Source: SAR86 cluster bacterium
Lineage (GTDB): Bacteria; Pseudomonadota; Gammaproteobacteria; Magnimaribacterales; AG-339-G14
Assembly (NCBI GenBank): GCA_028135785.1
Contig: JAOIHS010000006.1
Coordinates: forward strand, 8,929-72,928
DNA: 64,000 nt
Reading direction: 5' to 3'
Shown here: piece by piece, positions 45,907 to 56,157 of the stretch
Layout of the letters: each line of letters opens with the position of its first letter
How positions within the stretch are numbered: the stretch's first letter is position 1
The notes under the pieces: model-generated
Seen by the model: only the letters and a program-made list of their open reading frames with translations
What the model was told of the DNA's origin: nothing
The model's database searches: none
Made by a program: the position numbers and the translations under genes

Positions 45907-46724
45907 TTTTTTGAAATTGGAGATATTTGAAATATGACTCCAAATTTTGGATGATCAATATAATGCAGTTCTTTGGATCTTAGTTTTCTCGATTCTTTGA
46001 TCTGATATTGAGTTTTAAAAATTTCCTCATTTGCATTAAATATATTTAATAACTCTTCATCGAACAAACCATTTTTATTATATTTTTTAGATTTTATTTC
46101 TAAATTTAAAGCCTCATCAATATTTTCTGTTTTTTCCAAGAAATATAAATTTAAATCAAGATGCAGAAATCTATTTTTATAAGGAGTTATCTCTCCAAAA
46201 ACTTTAACACCTCTTATATTTTCAGAAATTATCAAAATAGAATTTGATTCCTCCTTTGATTCAATTATTTGGAACCATGATTTAGTCGAGATTAATCTAT
46301 AGTTTTTACTTTTTTGAAGACTATTACTAATACCCTCCAAAGGAAAAATAACTCCAGAGTCCTCTTGAAAAAATATCTGTTCAGCTGACATTTTAATGAG
46401 CTCAGGATCAATACTTTCCTCTTGCTGATTTATATTATTTAGAATCGAGGATATTGATATGTCCTGAAAAAGTTCTTTGTAGGGCAGGTCATAGTTTATG
46501 GATTTCGGTTTAATAATTTCTGGATAATTGAGTTCTGAAATAGTAATAGAATTATCTGAAATTTCAACTAAAGGAGTCTCAAATTTTTCTTTAACATTTG
46601 GCTCTGGAAGAAATTGAAAAATTATTAGATCAATCCTGTAGGCATCATCAGCCAAAATTATAGAACAATGAAAAATAAAAGGTGTTATTAATACCTTATC
46701 AAGATGCCTTTTGAAGCTGCTCAT
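45903..46724 (-). CDS. hypothetical periplasmic protein (possibly CsiV-family, judged from position downstream of mfd and size)
   Basis: 273 aa; start overlaps the mfd stop by 26 nt. The CsiV assignment is from memory of synteny only. Confidence 0.35.
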   Translation of the reverse strand: MSSFKRHLDKVLITPFIFHCSIILADDAYRIDLIIFQFLPEPNVKEKFETPLVEISDNSITISELNYPEIIKPKSINYDLPYKELFQDISISSILNNINQQEESIDPELIKMSAEQIFFQEDSGVIFPLEGISNSLQKSKNYRLISTKSWFQIIESKEESNSILIISENIRGVKVFGEITPYKNRFLHLDLNLYFLEKTENIDEALNLEIKSKKYNKNGLFDEELLNIFNANEEIFKTQYQIKESRKLRSKELHYIDHPKFGVIFQISPISKN

Positions 46725-49641
46725 AAAATGATTTTAACTTATTTAAAAGAAAATCCACTTTATCAATTAAAGATTCAGGAAGGTTGATCATTATTTTCTC
46801 TATTTTTGAATTCGGAGGAGTTAGAAGATTATTTTCATCTAAAAATAAACAAATTTTTTCTTTGTTACTTGAAATTTTATTGATGGATAATTTACTACTC
46901 AATATTCTTATTTGAGTTAGAGTTAATAGATGACTTGTTTCTTTCGGTAATGATCCAAATCTGTCTTCTAATTCTCTCTTGATTTCACCAAGATCTTCTA
47001 ATTTTTTAATTGAAGAAATTTTCTTATAAAGAGAAAGTCTGACTTCTGGTTGAGGAATATACTTTTCAGTAATATAACCATTTGTACCAATTTTTATTTC
47101 TATCTCATTTATCTCAGAATCTATAATGCCTTTAAGCATTTTTATGGATCGTTCTATCATTGAAGTGAATAAAGTTAAGCCCACAAAATCGATAGCACCA
47201 CTCTGTTTTTCTCCTAAAATCTCACCAGCACCTCTAATCTCTAAATCTCTCATGGCTAAATTGAATCCAGAGTTTAAGGAGTCTCCATATTTTAGAGCCT
47301 CAATTCTAGCTGCTGCATTTTTAGTAAGCTGTTTTTCATTTGAGGTAAGAAAATATGCATAGGCTTGTCTTTTGGATCTACCAACTCTGCCTCTGATTTG
47401 ATGAAGCTGAGAAAGTCCGAAATTTTGGGCGTCTTCTATCAGCAAGGTATTTGCATTTGGAATATCGAGACCACTTTCAATAATTGTTGTACAGATAAGA
47501 ATATCAATTTCATGATGATGAAATTTAAACATTACATCTTTTAAATCATTAGGATGCATTTGACCATGTCCAATTGCTATTTGCGCTTCAGGCATTAACC
47601 TTTTTAATTCTTTAGCTTTATTTTCTAAACTTGCCACATTGTTAATTAAATAGAAAGACTGACCTGATCTATGAAATTCTCTTTGGAGGGCCTCTTGAAT
47701 TAAACTTTCTGAGTATCTTGAAATAACTGTTTCAACCGCTTTTCTGCCAGGAGGGGCTGAGCTAATGATGGAAATATCTCTTACTTTTGATAAGGCCATG
47801 TTTAAAGATCTTGGGATAGGAGTTGCAGATAAATAAATAACATTTACTCCCTTTTTAATTGTCCTTAATTTCTCTTTTTGCCTGACACCAAATTTATGTT
47901 CTTCATCTACAACCAATAATCCTAAATCTTCAAATTTAACTGCATCATTCAACAAAGCATGAGTTCCAATTACTATAGATATTTCCCCATTCGACAAATC
48001 TGTAATAATCTTTTCTTTTTCTTTTGATGTTCTCTCGCGGGTTAGAAAATCTATTTTTATTTTACTTTCTTGAAAACGCTCTTTAAATAAATCGTAATGT
48101 TGTCTTGCAAGAAGAGTTGTAGGAGCAAGCACACAAACTTGCTTTAAGTTTTTTGCACAGATAAACGCTGCTCTTAAAGCAATTTCTGTTTTGCCAAAGC
48201 CAACTTCTCCGCAAACTAATCTATCTTGCGGCTTTGAGCTAGCCAGATCTTCCTTTACTTCTAGTATTGCTTTAGCCTGATCAATTGTCTCTTGAAAGCC
48301 AAACCCTTTTGCAAAATTTTGGTATTCAATATCATCGATTTTCAATACATCTGACTTATCTATTTTTCTTTTCGCTTCAGCTTCTAAAAGTTCTGCAGCG
48401 ATATCATATGCTTTTTGTTCAGATTTTTCTTTTTTAATTTTCCAGTTATTTTTACTTAAAGAATCTAGTTTTATATCTTGATTGCCCACATAAGGAGTTA
48501 GCAAATTCATTGCATCTACTGGGACATATAAAGTTTCTTGTCCTTCATACTCAATAACAAAACATTCAGTATTGTTTAAATTTTTTAATCCTCGATATAA
48601 ACCGATACCATAGTTAGTATGAACAAGCCTATTGCCTATTTTAAATTCATACTGATTGTTTATAACTTCTGAATTTGATCTTTTTGTTTGAGGTATAAAA
48701 TTTTCTTCAGAATTTAAAGATTCATTTAGTTTTTTATCTTTAGGATGCAAAATTTGCTTACTATTTAATAAAATCTTCTGAGGGTCGTTATATAAAAAAG
48801 TAGGTTTTAAGGGTGGTCTATCAAAATCTGAAATAAAATCTTCATATCTTCTGCTTATAAGATTCCAATATACTTCGGCTCCTTTGCTTATATTGCCATA
48901 TAAAAATTTTGAATAATTTTTAAAGAAGTCTTCATACAATGGTTTTTTTTCGTAAAATAAAGGAAAGTATGATTCTATTCCTTCGGGAAACTTACCAGAT
49001 GAAACTTGGTCAAAGAATTCTCCATCTTGAGAAAAAATTTGTCTCCAGTTTTTTTTGAAAACTGCAATAGATTCTTCATCCAATTGAAACCCCTTAGTCG
49101 CTCTGCACTGATATTGATCTATTTTGCTTATAGATATCTGAGAGTCTTTATCAAATAATCTTATTGACTCAATTAAATCATCATCTAAATTTATCCTAAT
49201 AGGTAATTTAGAGTTGGAAGGGTAAATATCAATTACTGAGCCTCTAACAGCAAATTCAGATCTTTCAGTAACTACTTCGCTAGAGCTATACCCAGCAGAA
49301 GCAAGAGAGTTCAAAAGATTCTCTCTATCTAATTTATCGTTTTGTGAAAATTTATATGAAAAGTTATTTATAGAAGCTTTATCAAAATATGGCTGAATTA
49401 AAGAATTAATAGTAGCGAGCACTATTAAATTTTCTTTATTTGCAATCTCAGCCATTGTTTCAAGTCTATTAGCTAATTTTTCTGGGTGCGGAGAAAAAAT
49501 ATCATAAGGCAGAGTTTCCAAATCATTAAGGATTGCATAATTAGAAATGCTTTTTTCATTTAAAAAATGTTCAACATGATTTAAAAAAAATTGATTTTCA
49601 CAAATCACAATAGTTTTTTCATACTCTAAAATTCTATGCAT
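46699..49641 (-). CDS. mfd: transcription-repair coupling factor
   Basis: UvrB-homology N-terminal module, RNAP-interacting domain (GIGLYRG), helicase motifs GEVGFGKTE / DEEHKFG, TRG motif QLHQIRGRVGRS. Compact at 980 aa. Confidence 0.95.
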   Translation of the reverse strand: MHRILEYEKTIVICENQFFLNHVEHFLNEKSISNYAILNDLETLPYDIFSPHPEKLANRLETMAEIANKENLIVLATINSLIQPYFDKASINNFSYKFSQNDKLDRENLLNSLASAGYSSSEVVTERSEFAVRGSVIDIYPSNSKLPIRINLDDDLIESIRLFDKDSQISISKIDQYQCRATKGFQLDEESIAVFKKNWRQIFSQDGEFFDQVSSGKFPEGIESYFPLFYEKKPLYEDFFKNYSKFLYGNISKGAEVYWNLISRRYEDFISDFDRPPLKPTFLYNDPQKILLNSKQILHPKDKKLNESLNSEENFIPQTKRSNSEVINNQYEFKIGNRLVHTNYGIGLYRGLKNLNNTECFVIEYEGQETLYVPVDAMNLLTPYVGNQDIKLDSLSKNNWKIKKEKSEQKAYDIAAELLEAEAKRKIDKSDVLKIDDIEYQNFAKGFGFQETIDQAKAILEVKEDLASSKPQDRLVCGEVGFGKTEIALRAAFICAKNLKQVCVLAPTTLLARQHYDLFKERFQESKIKIDFLTRERTSKEKEKIITDLSNGEISIVIGTHALLNDAVKFEDLGLLVVDEEHKFGVRQKEKLRTIKKGVNVIYLSATPIPRSLNMALSKVRDISIISSAPPGRKAVETVISRYSESLIQEALQREFHRSGQSFYLINNVASLENKAKELKRLMPEAQIAIGHGQMHPNDLKDVMFKFHHHEIDILICTTIIESGLDIPNANTLLIEDAQNFGLSQLHQIRGRVGRSKRQAYAYFLTSNEKQLTKNAAARIEALKYGDSLNSGFNLAMRDLEIRGAGEILGEKQSGAIDFVGLTLFTSMIERSIKMLKGIIDSEINEIEIKIGTNGYITEKYIPQPEVRLSLYKKISSIKKLEDLGEIKRELEDRFGSLPKETSHLLTLTQIRILSSKLSINKISSNKEKICLFLDENNLLTPPNSKIEKIMINLPESLIDKVDFLLNKLKSFYEQLQKAS

Positions 49642-49729
49642 ATGAGATATTTTTCTTCTTTTGATGAATAAATCTGTGTGTATAATACCTACGTCTACGA
49701 CAAATCAAACACAAAAAGAGGTTTAAAAA

Positions 49730-50923
49730 ATGAACTTATCATTCTCAGAAGAAGATTTAAAATTTCAACAAGAAGTTAGATCCTTTATCAAAGAAAGCTA
49801 TCCATCTGATATCAAAGAAAAAATGGATAAAGGAATACCAACAACTAAAGAAGATATAGTCACTTGGCAAAAAATATTAAGTGAAAAAGGTTGGTTTGCT
49901 ATTAACTGGCCAGAAGAACATGGAGGGACTGGTTGGTCAGTAACTCAAAAATTTATTTTTCAAAACGAGTTGGCAGAAGCAAACACTCCAAATATTGTTC
50001 CTTTTGGGGTAAGCATGTGCGGCCCAGTAATTTACACTTTTGGAAATGAAGAGCAGAAAGAAAGGTTTTTGCCTGACATCAGAGATAATAATGTTTGGTG
50101 GTGCCAGGGATATTCAGAGCCTGGATCGGGTTCTGATTTGGCATCCTTAAAAACTAAAGCAGAAAAAAAAGGCAATAAATATATCGTAAATGGTTCTAAA
50201 ACCTGGACTACTCTCGCCCAAAATGCAGATTGGATTTTTTGTTTAGTTAGAACAGACTCTTCAGGAGTTAAGCAGCAGGGTATAAGTTTTTTGCTTATAG
50301 ATATGAAAACACCTGGAGTAGAAGTCCAACCAATTATTACAATTGATGGTTCTCATGAAGTTAATAGTGTATTTTTTGATAATGTTGAAGTGCCCGCCGA
50401 AAATTTAATAGGCGAAGAAGGCGCTGGATGGAATATAGCTAAATTTTTACTTGCTCACGAAAGAACTGGAATAGGCGGCATACCTCATCTTAAAAGAGAA
50501 ATTAGAAGATTAAGAGATATAACTGAGGAACTTCCTTTAAACGAAGGTTTTCTAAAAGACGATTCCTTGTTCATGGACAAGCTAAATAAAATAGAAATAG
50601 ATTTAGTATCTGCAGAATACACAGAGCTTAGAACTTTAGCTGCTATGTCTGCTGGAGGTCACCCAGGACCAGAGTCATCTATTTTAAAAATTGGTGGGAC
50701 TGATATACAACAATCCTTATCAGAGCTATTTGTAGAGGCCTTAGGCTACTATGCTCATCCTTTTATGAGTGAGAGTGATCTTCTTTCCAACGAAAAAAGA
50801 ATAGGTCCGGATTTTGCTGCAACAGTAATGCCTCATTATTTAAATTATAGAAAAGTATCAATCTATGGCGGAAGTAATGAAGTTCAAAGAAACGTAATAG
50901 CTAAAGCTGTTTTAGGCCTCTAA
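49730..50923 (+). CDS. acyl-CoA dehydrogenase (large-subunit-like)
   Basis: WCQGYSEPGSGSDLASL and GSKTWTT motifs. The C-terminal IYGGSNEVQ lacks the MCAD-type Glu, but an IVD/LCAD-type Glu is present in LLAHERTG. Confidence 0.9.
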   Translation: MNLSFSEEDLKFQQEVRSFIKESYPSDIKEKMDKGIPTTKEDIVTWQKILSEKGWFAINWPEEHGGTGWSVTQKFIFQNELAEANTPNIVPFGVSMCGPVIYTFGNEEQKERFLPDIRDNNVWWCQGYSEPGSGSDLASLKTKAEKKGNKYIVNGSKTWTTLAQNADWIFCLVRTDSSGVKQQGISFLLIDMKTPGVEVQPIITIDGSHEVNSVFFDNVEVPAENLIGEEGAGWNIAKFLLAHERTGIGGIPHLKREIRRLRDITEELPLNEGFLKDDSLFMDKLNKIEIDLVSAEYTELRTLAAMSAGGHPGPESSILKIGGTDIQQSLSELFVEALGYYAHPFMSESDLLSNEKRIGPDFAATVMPHYLNYRKVSIYGGSNEVQRNVIAKAVLGL

Positions 50924-50944
50924 TCTTATTATTCAGGAGATAAC

Positions 50945-52072
50945 ATGGATTTCTTACTTAGTGACGAGCAAAAGCAGCTTCAAGATCTGATTCAGCAATT
51001 TATTCAAAAGGATTATCCATTTGATGTAAGAGAGAAGCTAGTTAAATCTGAAGACGGTTTCAGTAAAGAATTCTGGAAAACTTTTTCTACCTTTGGATTA
51101 TTGGCAATGCCATTTCCTGAAGAAGATGGAGGTTATAACGGTGGACCAGTCGATATAATGGTCATTCTTGAAGCCTTTGGTACAGGATTGATAGTTGAGC
51201 CTTATATTCCAAATATAGTTTTATCTGGTAATTTGATTAGCAGGCTTGGCACTCAAGATCAAAAAGATACAATTCTTCCTAATTTGTTTTCAGGCGATAT
51301 GCACTTAGCATTTGCTTTTGCAGAGCCTCAAAGTAGATTTGATCTAAATGATGTTACTACTTCAGCTGAAAAAGATGGAGACAACTTTAAGTTAAATGGA
51401 TATAAATCAGTTGTAATGAACGGACCTGCTGCAGATAAATTAATTATATCTGCAAGAACTTCTGGTAATCAAATGGATAAATCTGGCATAAGTCTTTTTG
51501 TAGTTGATAGAAGTGTTTCAGGAGTTTCTCTAAGAGATTATTCAAATGTTGATGGAAGTAAAGCCTCAGAACTTACCCTGGAAAATGTAGTTTTATCAAA
51601 AGATGCAATTCTTGGCGAAGAAGGAAATGCTTTTTCGTCAATCGAGTACGTTGTCAATCTAGCAACATTGGCTATCTCAGCCGAAGCTATAGGAATTATG
51701 CAAAAAATGAATGAACTTACTTTAGAGTATACAAAAACAAGAGAGCAATTCGGACAGGCACTCAGCCAGTTTCAAGCTCTTCAGCATAGAATGGTAGATA
51801 CATTCATGGTTCATGAACAAACTAAATCTCTGTTACTTATGGCAGCAACTAAATTAAATGATCAGGCTGAAGATGCAGTTAAATCTATTTCTGCCTTGAA
51901 ATATCAAGTAGGTAATGCTGCTAAATTAATTGGTGAAGAGTCCATTCAGCTTCATGGTGGAATGGGTGTTACAGAAGAAATGAGTATTGGTCATTACTTC
52001 AAAAGACTTACAACGATAAGAACTATATTTGGAAACTCAGATTACCATTTAAAGAAATACTCATCTTTGTAA
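50945..52072 (+). CDS. acyl-CoA dehydrogenase family protein (small-subunit-like, probably non-catalytic)
   Basis: ACAD fold (AFAEPQSRFD, QLHGGMGVTEE). Neither catalytic-base position carries Glu (IFGNSDYH and VVNLATLAIS). Confidence 0.8.
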   Translation: MDFLLSDEQKQLQDLIQQFIQKDYPFDVREKLVKSEDGFSKEFWKTFSTFGLLAMPFPEEDGGYNGGPVDIMVILEAFGTGLIVEPYIPNIVLSGNLISRLGTQDQKDTILPNLFSGDMHLAFAFAEPQSRFDLNDVTTSAEKDGDNFKLNGYKSVVMNGPAADKLIISARTSGNQMDKSGISLFVVDRSVSGVSLRDYSNVDGSKASELTLENVVLSKDAILGEEGNAFSSIEYVVNLATLAISAEAIGIMQKMNELTLEYTKTREQFGQALSQFQALQHRMVDTFMVHEQTKSLLLMAATKLNDQAEDAVKSISALKYQVGNAAKLIGEESIQLHGGMGVTEEMSIGHYFKRLTTIRTIFGNSDYHLKKYSSL

Positions 52073-52076
52073 ATAA

Positions 52077-53561
52077 ATGACCCCAACTGATTCGGATAAA
52101 AATCCTGATAAAAGAACCAGAGATAAACCTGATAACTATTTAGAGAACTGGATAGAAAGGCAGGCTTTAACTGAGGTTATGATTCCAATTATTGGAAAAT
52201 GGCACAGAAATAATGTTCGAATCCTCTTGTATGGAACCCCTTTAATGAATCTTTCAGTAATTGAAATAATGCAGTTACATAGAAAAGTTAGAGAAGTTGA
52301 AAGCAATGAATTGAGTGAATATGAGTCTTCGATGATGCTAGCTGCTTTAGACAAACTAGATGTAGGCCCCTCACAAATTGATATTGGAATTATGGCTGCA
52401 GGCTATATGTTTGAAGATAAAGGAATGGAAATAGATGAATTTGTTCAAGATCAAATAAAAGATGTTTTGGGAAAACATGATCCGATATTAGATAAATCTC
52501 AAGATATAGTGTTATTTGGTTTCGGGAGAATTGGAAGATTGATTACAAGACTTTTACTTGAAGACAGCGGCGCTGGTGAGACTCTTAAATTAAAAGCTGT
52601 TGTAACTAGACAAAAAACAAGCAATGACCTTCTCAAAAGAGCTGAATTAATGAGGAAAGATTCCGTGCATGGAAGATTTAAAGGAACGATCAGAGTTGAT
52701 GAAGAAGAAAACTCTTTGATTATGAATGGAAATGTCATTAAATTTATAAATTCTAATGATCCAGGAAATATAGACTACTCAAAATATGGAATCAAAGATG
52801 CATTGCTAATAGACAATACTGGAATAGCTTCTGATGAAGAAGGTTTATCCATTCACCTAGAAAATAAGGAAGTTAAAAAGGTTCTTCTGACTGCGCCGGT
52901 TAAAGGTGGACTAAAAAATATTGTTTATGGTGTTAACCATGATGATATCAATGAAGAAGATACTATAATTGGAGCTGCATCTTGCACAACTAATGCAATT
53001 GTTCCTCTGCTTTCTGCTATAGATAACGAATTTAAGATAAGTAATGGGCATGTTGAGACGGTTCATTCTTATACAAATGATCAAAATTTAATTGATAATT
53101 TTCACAATAAATCCAGAAGAGGAAGAGCTGCTGCTCTAAATATGGTTATAACAGAAACAGGAGCAGCTAAAGCTGTCGCTCAAGTACTGCCAAATCTTAA
53201 AGGTAAATTGACAGCTAACGCTATAAGAGTTCCAACCCCTAATGTTTCACTAGCTATTCTAAAACTATACTTAGAAAACTCTACAGATTTAGATAAATTT
53301 AATAATTTTTTAAGAAAAACAGCAAATCATAGTATTTTAAAAGATCAAGTAGACTTGTCTGTTTCAAATGAAAATGTTTCTTCTGATTTTGTTGGTAGCA
53401 GATACGCTGGAGTTATAGATGGTCAATCTACTATTGTTAATGATAAAAATGTAATTGTTTATCTTTGGTATGACAATGAAATCGGATACTGTGCCCAGTT
53501 ATTAAAAGTAATTAAAAAAATGTCAGGAATTAAATATAAAAAGTTACCTAACTTTTTGTAA
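52077..53561 (+). CDS. gap: glyceraldehyde-3-phosphate dehydrogenase, long form with ~140-aa N-terminal extension
   Basis: Rossmann GFGRIGR starts near residue 147. Active site ASCTTNA. C-terminal WYDNEIGY. Confidence 0.85.
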   Translation: MTPTDSDKNPDKRTRDKPDNYLENWIERQALTEVMIPIIGKWHRNNVRILLYGTPLMNLSVIEIMQLHRKVREVESNELSEYESSMMLAALDKLDVGPSQIDIGIMAAGYMFEDKGMEIDEFVQDQIKDVLGKHDPILDKSQDIVLFGFGRIGRLITRLLLEDSGAGETLKLKAVVTRQKTSNDLLKRAELMRKDSVHGRFKGTIRVDEEENSLIMNGNVIKFINSNDPGNIDYSKYGIKDALLIDNTGIASDEEGLSIHLENKEVKKVLLTAPVKGGLKNIVYGVNHDDINEEDTIIGAASCTTNAIVPLLSAIDNEFKISNGHVETVHSYTNDQNLIDNFHNKSRRGRAAALNMVITETGAAKAVAQVLPNLKGKLTANAIRVPTPNVSLAILKLYLENSTDLDKFNNFLRKTANHSILKDQVDLSVSNENVSSDFVGSRYAGVIDGQSTIVNDKNVIVYLWYDNEIGYCAQLLKVIKKMSGIKYKKLPNFL

Positions 53562-53587
53562 AAAATGGAAAAAAAATCCCTCTGCTA

Positions 53588-54940
53588 ATGCAATTTAAAA
53601 TTTCTAAAGGTTTAACTATTCCTATAAGTGGTGATATAGATCTTTCATCTATTGAGACTGTAAATGTAAAAAAAATAGCTCTACTTGGAGAGGATTATCA
53701 TGGTTTGAAGCCAACAATGCTGATTAAGGAAGGAGACAGTGTTATCAAAGGTCAGCCCTTATTTGAAGATAAAAAAAATCCTGGAGTAAATTTTATTTCT
53801 CCTGCTTCCGGAAAAGTTATTGAAATTAATAGAGGGGAAAGAAGGGTTTTTCTGTCTCTAGTGATTGAAAAAGATTTAGAAAATTCTAAACAAGTAAATT
53901 TTGAATCTATTCCCGATGATGAGCTATCTAGAGACTTTATTATAAAAAATTTATTGAATTCTGGTTGTTGGACTTCATTTAAAACAAGGCCTTTTAGTAA
54001 GGTGCCAAAAATTGATGCCATTCCTAATGAAATATTCATCTCTTTAATTGGCTCTGACCCTCTTAGTCTTAACCCTGAAATTTATTTAGATGAGAATATA
54101 GAAGAATTTAACTATGGTTTAGAAGTCTTATCTCATATTCCTAAAAATTGTGTACATATTTCAACTAGTGTGGATTTTAATTTAACGCAACTTGATTCTG
54201 ATAAAATCCAGTATTATAAATTTGAGGGGCCACATCCTGTTGGTTTGGTGGGAACTCAAATTCATAATATTTCTCCTGTAAGTTCAAAAAATCCAGTATG
54301 GACAGTTGGATATCAGGATGTAGCAATGATAGGAAAACTATTTAAAAAAGGAATCTTAGACACCTCAAGAATGATAGCTCTCTGCGGTCCTCAAATAAAA
54401 AATCCGTGCAGAGTAAATTCTGAGATAGGTGCGTGTATTGACGAATTAATAATAGGTAAAGTAGAAGAGGGTAAAAATAGATATATTTCTGGATCTGTTT
54501 TATGTGGAAAAGAGTCAAAAGAATCAGTTAATTATCTAGGCAGATTTGACTATCAAGTATCTGCTTTGAGAGAAGTAAATAAAGATGACAGAGAATTATT
54601 AAATTTTTTAAGACCAGGGCTATTAAAACATTCATCCTTAAATCTATTTTTTACTAAATTTAAAGAGAAATATCTTAAACTCAAATATACAACAGCTATG
54701 AATGGAGCTGACAGGGCTATTGTACCAATTGGAATATTTGAAGATATTTTTCCTTACAATATTATGATTACACAGCTTTTAAAAAGCATTGTAACTGGTG
54801 ATACAGAACTAGCTCAGCAACTCGGAATCCTTGAATTAGATGAAGAGGACTTATCGCTCTGCACATACTCTTGCCCAAGTAAATATGATTATGGGTCTTT
54901 ATTGAGAGAAATGCTCACTAAAATTGAAGAGGAAGGTTAA
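53588..54940 (+). CDS. nqrA: Na+-translocating NADH:quinone oxidoreductase subunit A
   Basis: Typical NqrA N-terminus (KISKGLTIPISG) and first position in a complete nqrABCDEF cluster. Confidence 0.9.
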   Translation: MQFKISKGLTIPISGDIDLSSIETVNVKKIALLGEDYHGLKPTMLIKEGDSVIKGQPLFEDKKNPGVNFISPASGKVIEINRGERRVFLSLVIEKDLENSKQVNFESIPDDELSRDFIIKNLLNSGCWTSFKTRPFSKVPKIDAIPNEIFISLIGSDPLSLNPEIYLDENIEEFNYGLEVLSHIPKNCVHISTSVDFNLTQLDSDKIQYYKFEGPHPVGLVGTQIHNISPVSSKNPVWTVGYQDVAMIGKLFKKGILDTSRMIALCGPQIKNPCRVNSEIGACIDELIIGKVEEGKNRYISGSVLCGKESKESVNYLGRFDYQVSALREVNKDDRELLNFLRPGLLKHSSLNLFFTKFKEKYLKLKYTTAMNGADRAIVPIGIFEDIFPYNIMITQLLKSIVTGDTELAQQLGILELDEEDLSLCTYSCPSKYDYGSLLREMLTKIEEEG

Positions 54941-56157
54941 TGGCTGATCCACTAAGAAACTTAATTGATAAAATTAAACCTTCTTTTGAGGGTTCTGGAA
55001 AACTATCAAAATACTTCCCTATTTTTGATGTATTTGAAAATTTATTTTATTCATCTGACAGAAAGACTTCTGGATTAACTCACATTAGAGATGGAAGTGA
55101 TATCCAAAGAATTATGGTTGTTGTCTGGCTATCTGCTTTCCCAGCAATGTTTTTTGGGATGTACAACTTGGGTTACCAAGCTTTAACAGCTATTGAGATT
55201 GTCAGTTCAAATGGAGAGGTTTTTGAAAAAGATTGGCATTGGCCTTTCATTCAAATGGTTTCTGGCTTAAATCCTAACAGTATTCTGGATTGCATAAGTT
55301 ATGGTGCAATATATTTCGTTCCGATTTATTTAGTAACTTTCATAGTAGGAATAGCTTGGGAAGTTATTTTCGCAGTAATAAGAAAACATGAAATTAGTGA
55401 AGGAGCTTTCGTAACGACCATCTTATTTGCTTTATCTTGTCCACCAGATGCGCCTTTATGGCAGGTTGCAATGGGCATAAGTGTAGGTTTAGTTATTGGA
55501 AAGGAAATATTTGGAGGCACTGGAAAGAACTTCCTTAATCCTGCATTAACTGGAAGAGCTTTTCTTTATTTTGCATACCCTGCCTCTTGGTCAGGTGACA
55601 TGTCATGGATTGCAGTTGATGGATATACAGCAGCAACTATGTTGGGAATGTCTGCTCAAGAGTCTTATATGAACATGCCTTATTCATGGACAAACGCTTT
55701 TTTTGGGTTTATTCCTGGTTCAGTAGGGGAAACGTCTGTAGTTGCAATTTTAATTGGTTTAGCTATTCTTCTTTACACAAAAATTGCTTCTTGGAGAATA
55801 GTCTCCGGTGCAGTGATAGGGACAATTTTTACAGCTACCCTTTTTAATTTATCAGGAAGCGTCACAAATCCAATGTTTGCCGTTCCATTTTGGTGGCATA
55901 TGGTAATGGGTGGTTATATGTTTGGTCTTGTATTTATGGCAACAGAGCCAGTTTCTGGATCGCACACTAATAAAGGTAGATGGATTTATGGTTTTATTAT
56001 TGGATTTATGGTTATCATGATAAGAGTTCTAAATCCTGCTTATCCAGAAGGAATGATGTTGGCAATATTATTTGCAAACCTTGTTTCACCTTTGATTGAT
56101 CACTATGTTGTTACTGGAAATATCAAACAAAGAACAAAGGTTTTAGATGCAAAATAA
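54940..56157 (+). CDS. nqrB: Na+-NQR subunit B
   Basis: Polytopic membrane protein with GGTGKNFLNPAL and a covalent-FMN region (VDGYTAATML). TAATG overlap with nqrA. Confidence 0.9.
   Translation: MADPLRNLIDKIKPSFEGSGKLSKYFPIFDVFENLFYSSDRKTSGLTHIRDGSDIQRIMVVVWLSAFPAMFFGMYNLGYQALTAIEIVSSNGEVFEKDWHWPFIQMVSGLNPNSILDCISYGAIYFVPIYLVTFIVGIAWEVIFAVIRKHEISEGAFVTTILFALSCPPDAPLWQVAMGISVGLVIGKEIFGGTGKNFLNPALTGRAFLYFAYPASWSGDMSWIAVDGYTAATMLGMSAQESYMNMPYSWTNAFFGFIPGSVGETSVVAILIGLAILLYTKIASWRIVSGAVIGTIFTATLFNLSGSVTNPMFAVPFWWHMVMGGYMFGLVFMATEPVSGSHTNKGRWIYGFIIGFMVIMIRVLNPAYPEGMMLAILFANLVSPLIDHYVVTGNIKQRTKVLDAK

Noticed and set aside
46699-49641. Mfd as an N-terminally truncated pseudogene (980 aa versus ~1150 in E. 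coli)
   Set aside because: By-eye alignment shows only about 35 residues missing at the N-terminus. The rest of the shortening is spread through linker regions, and all helicase/TRG motifs are intact.
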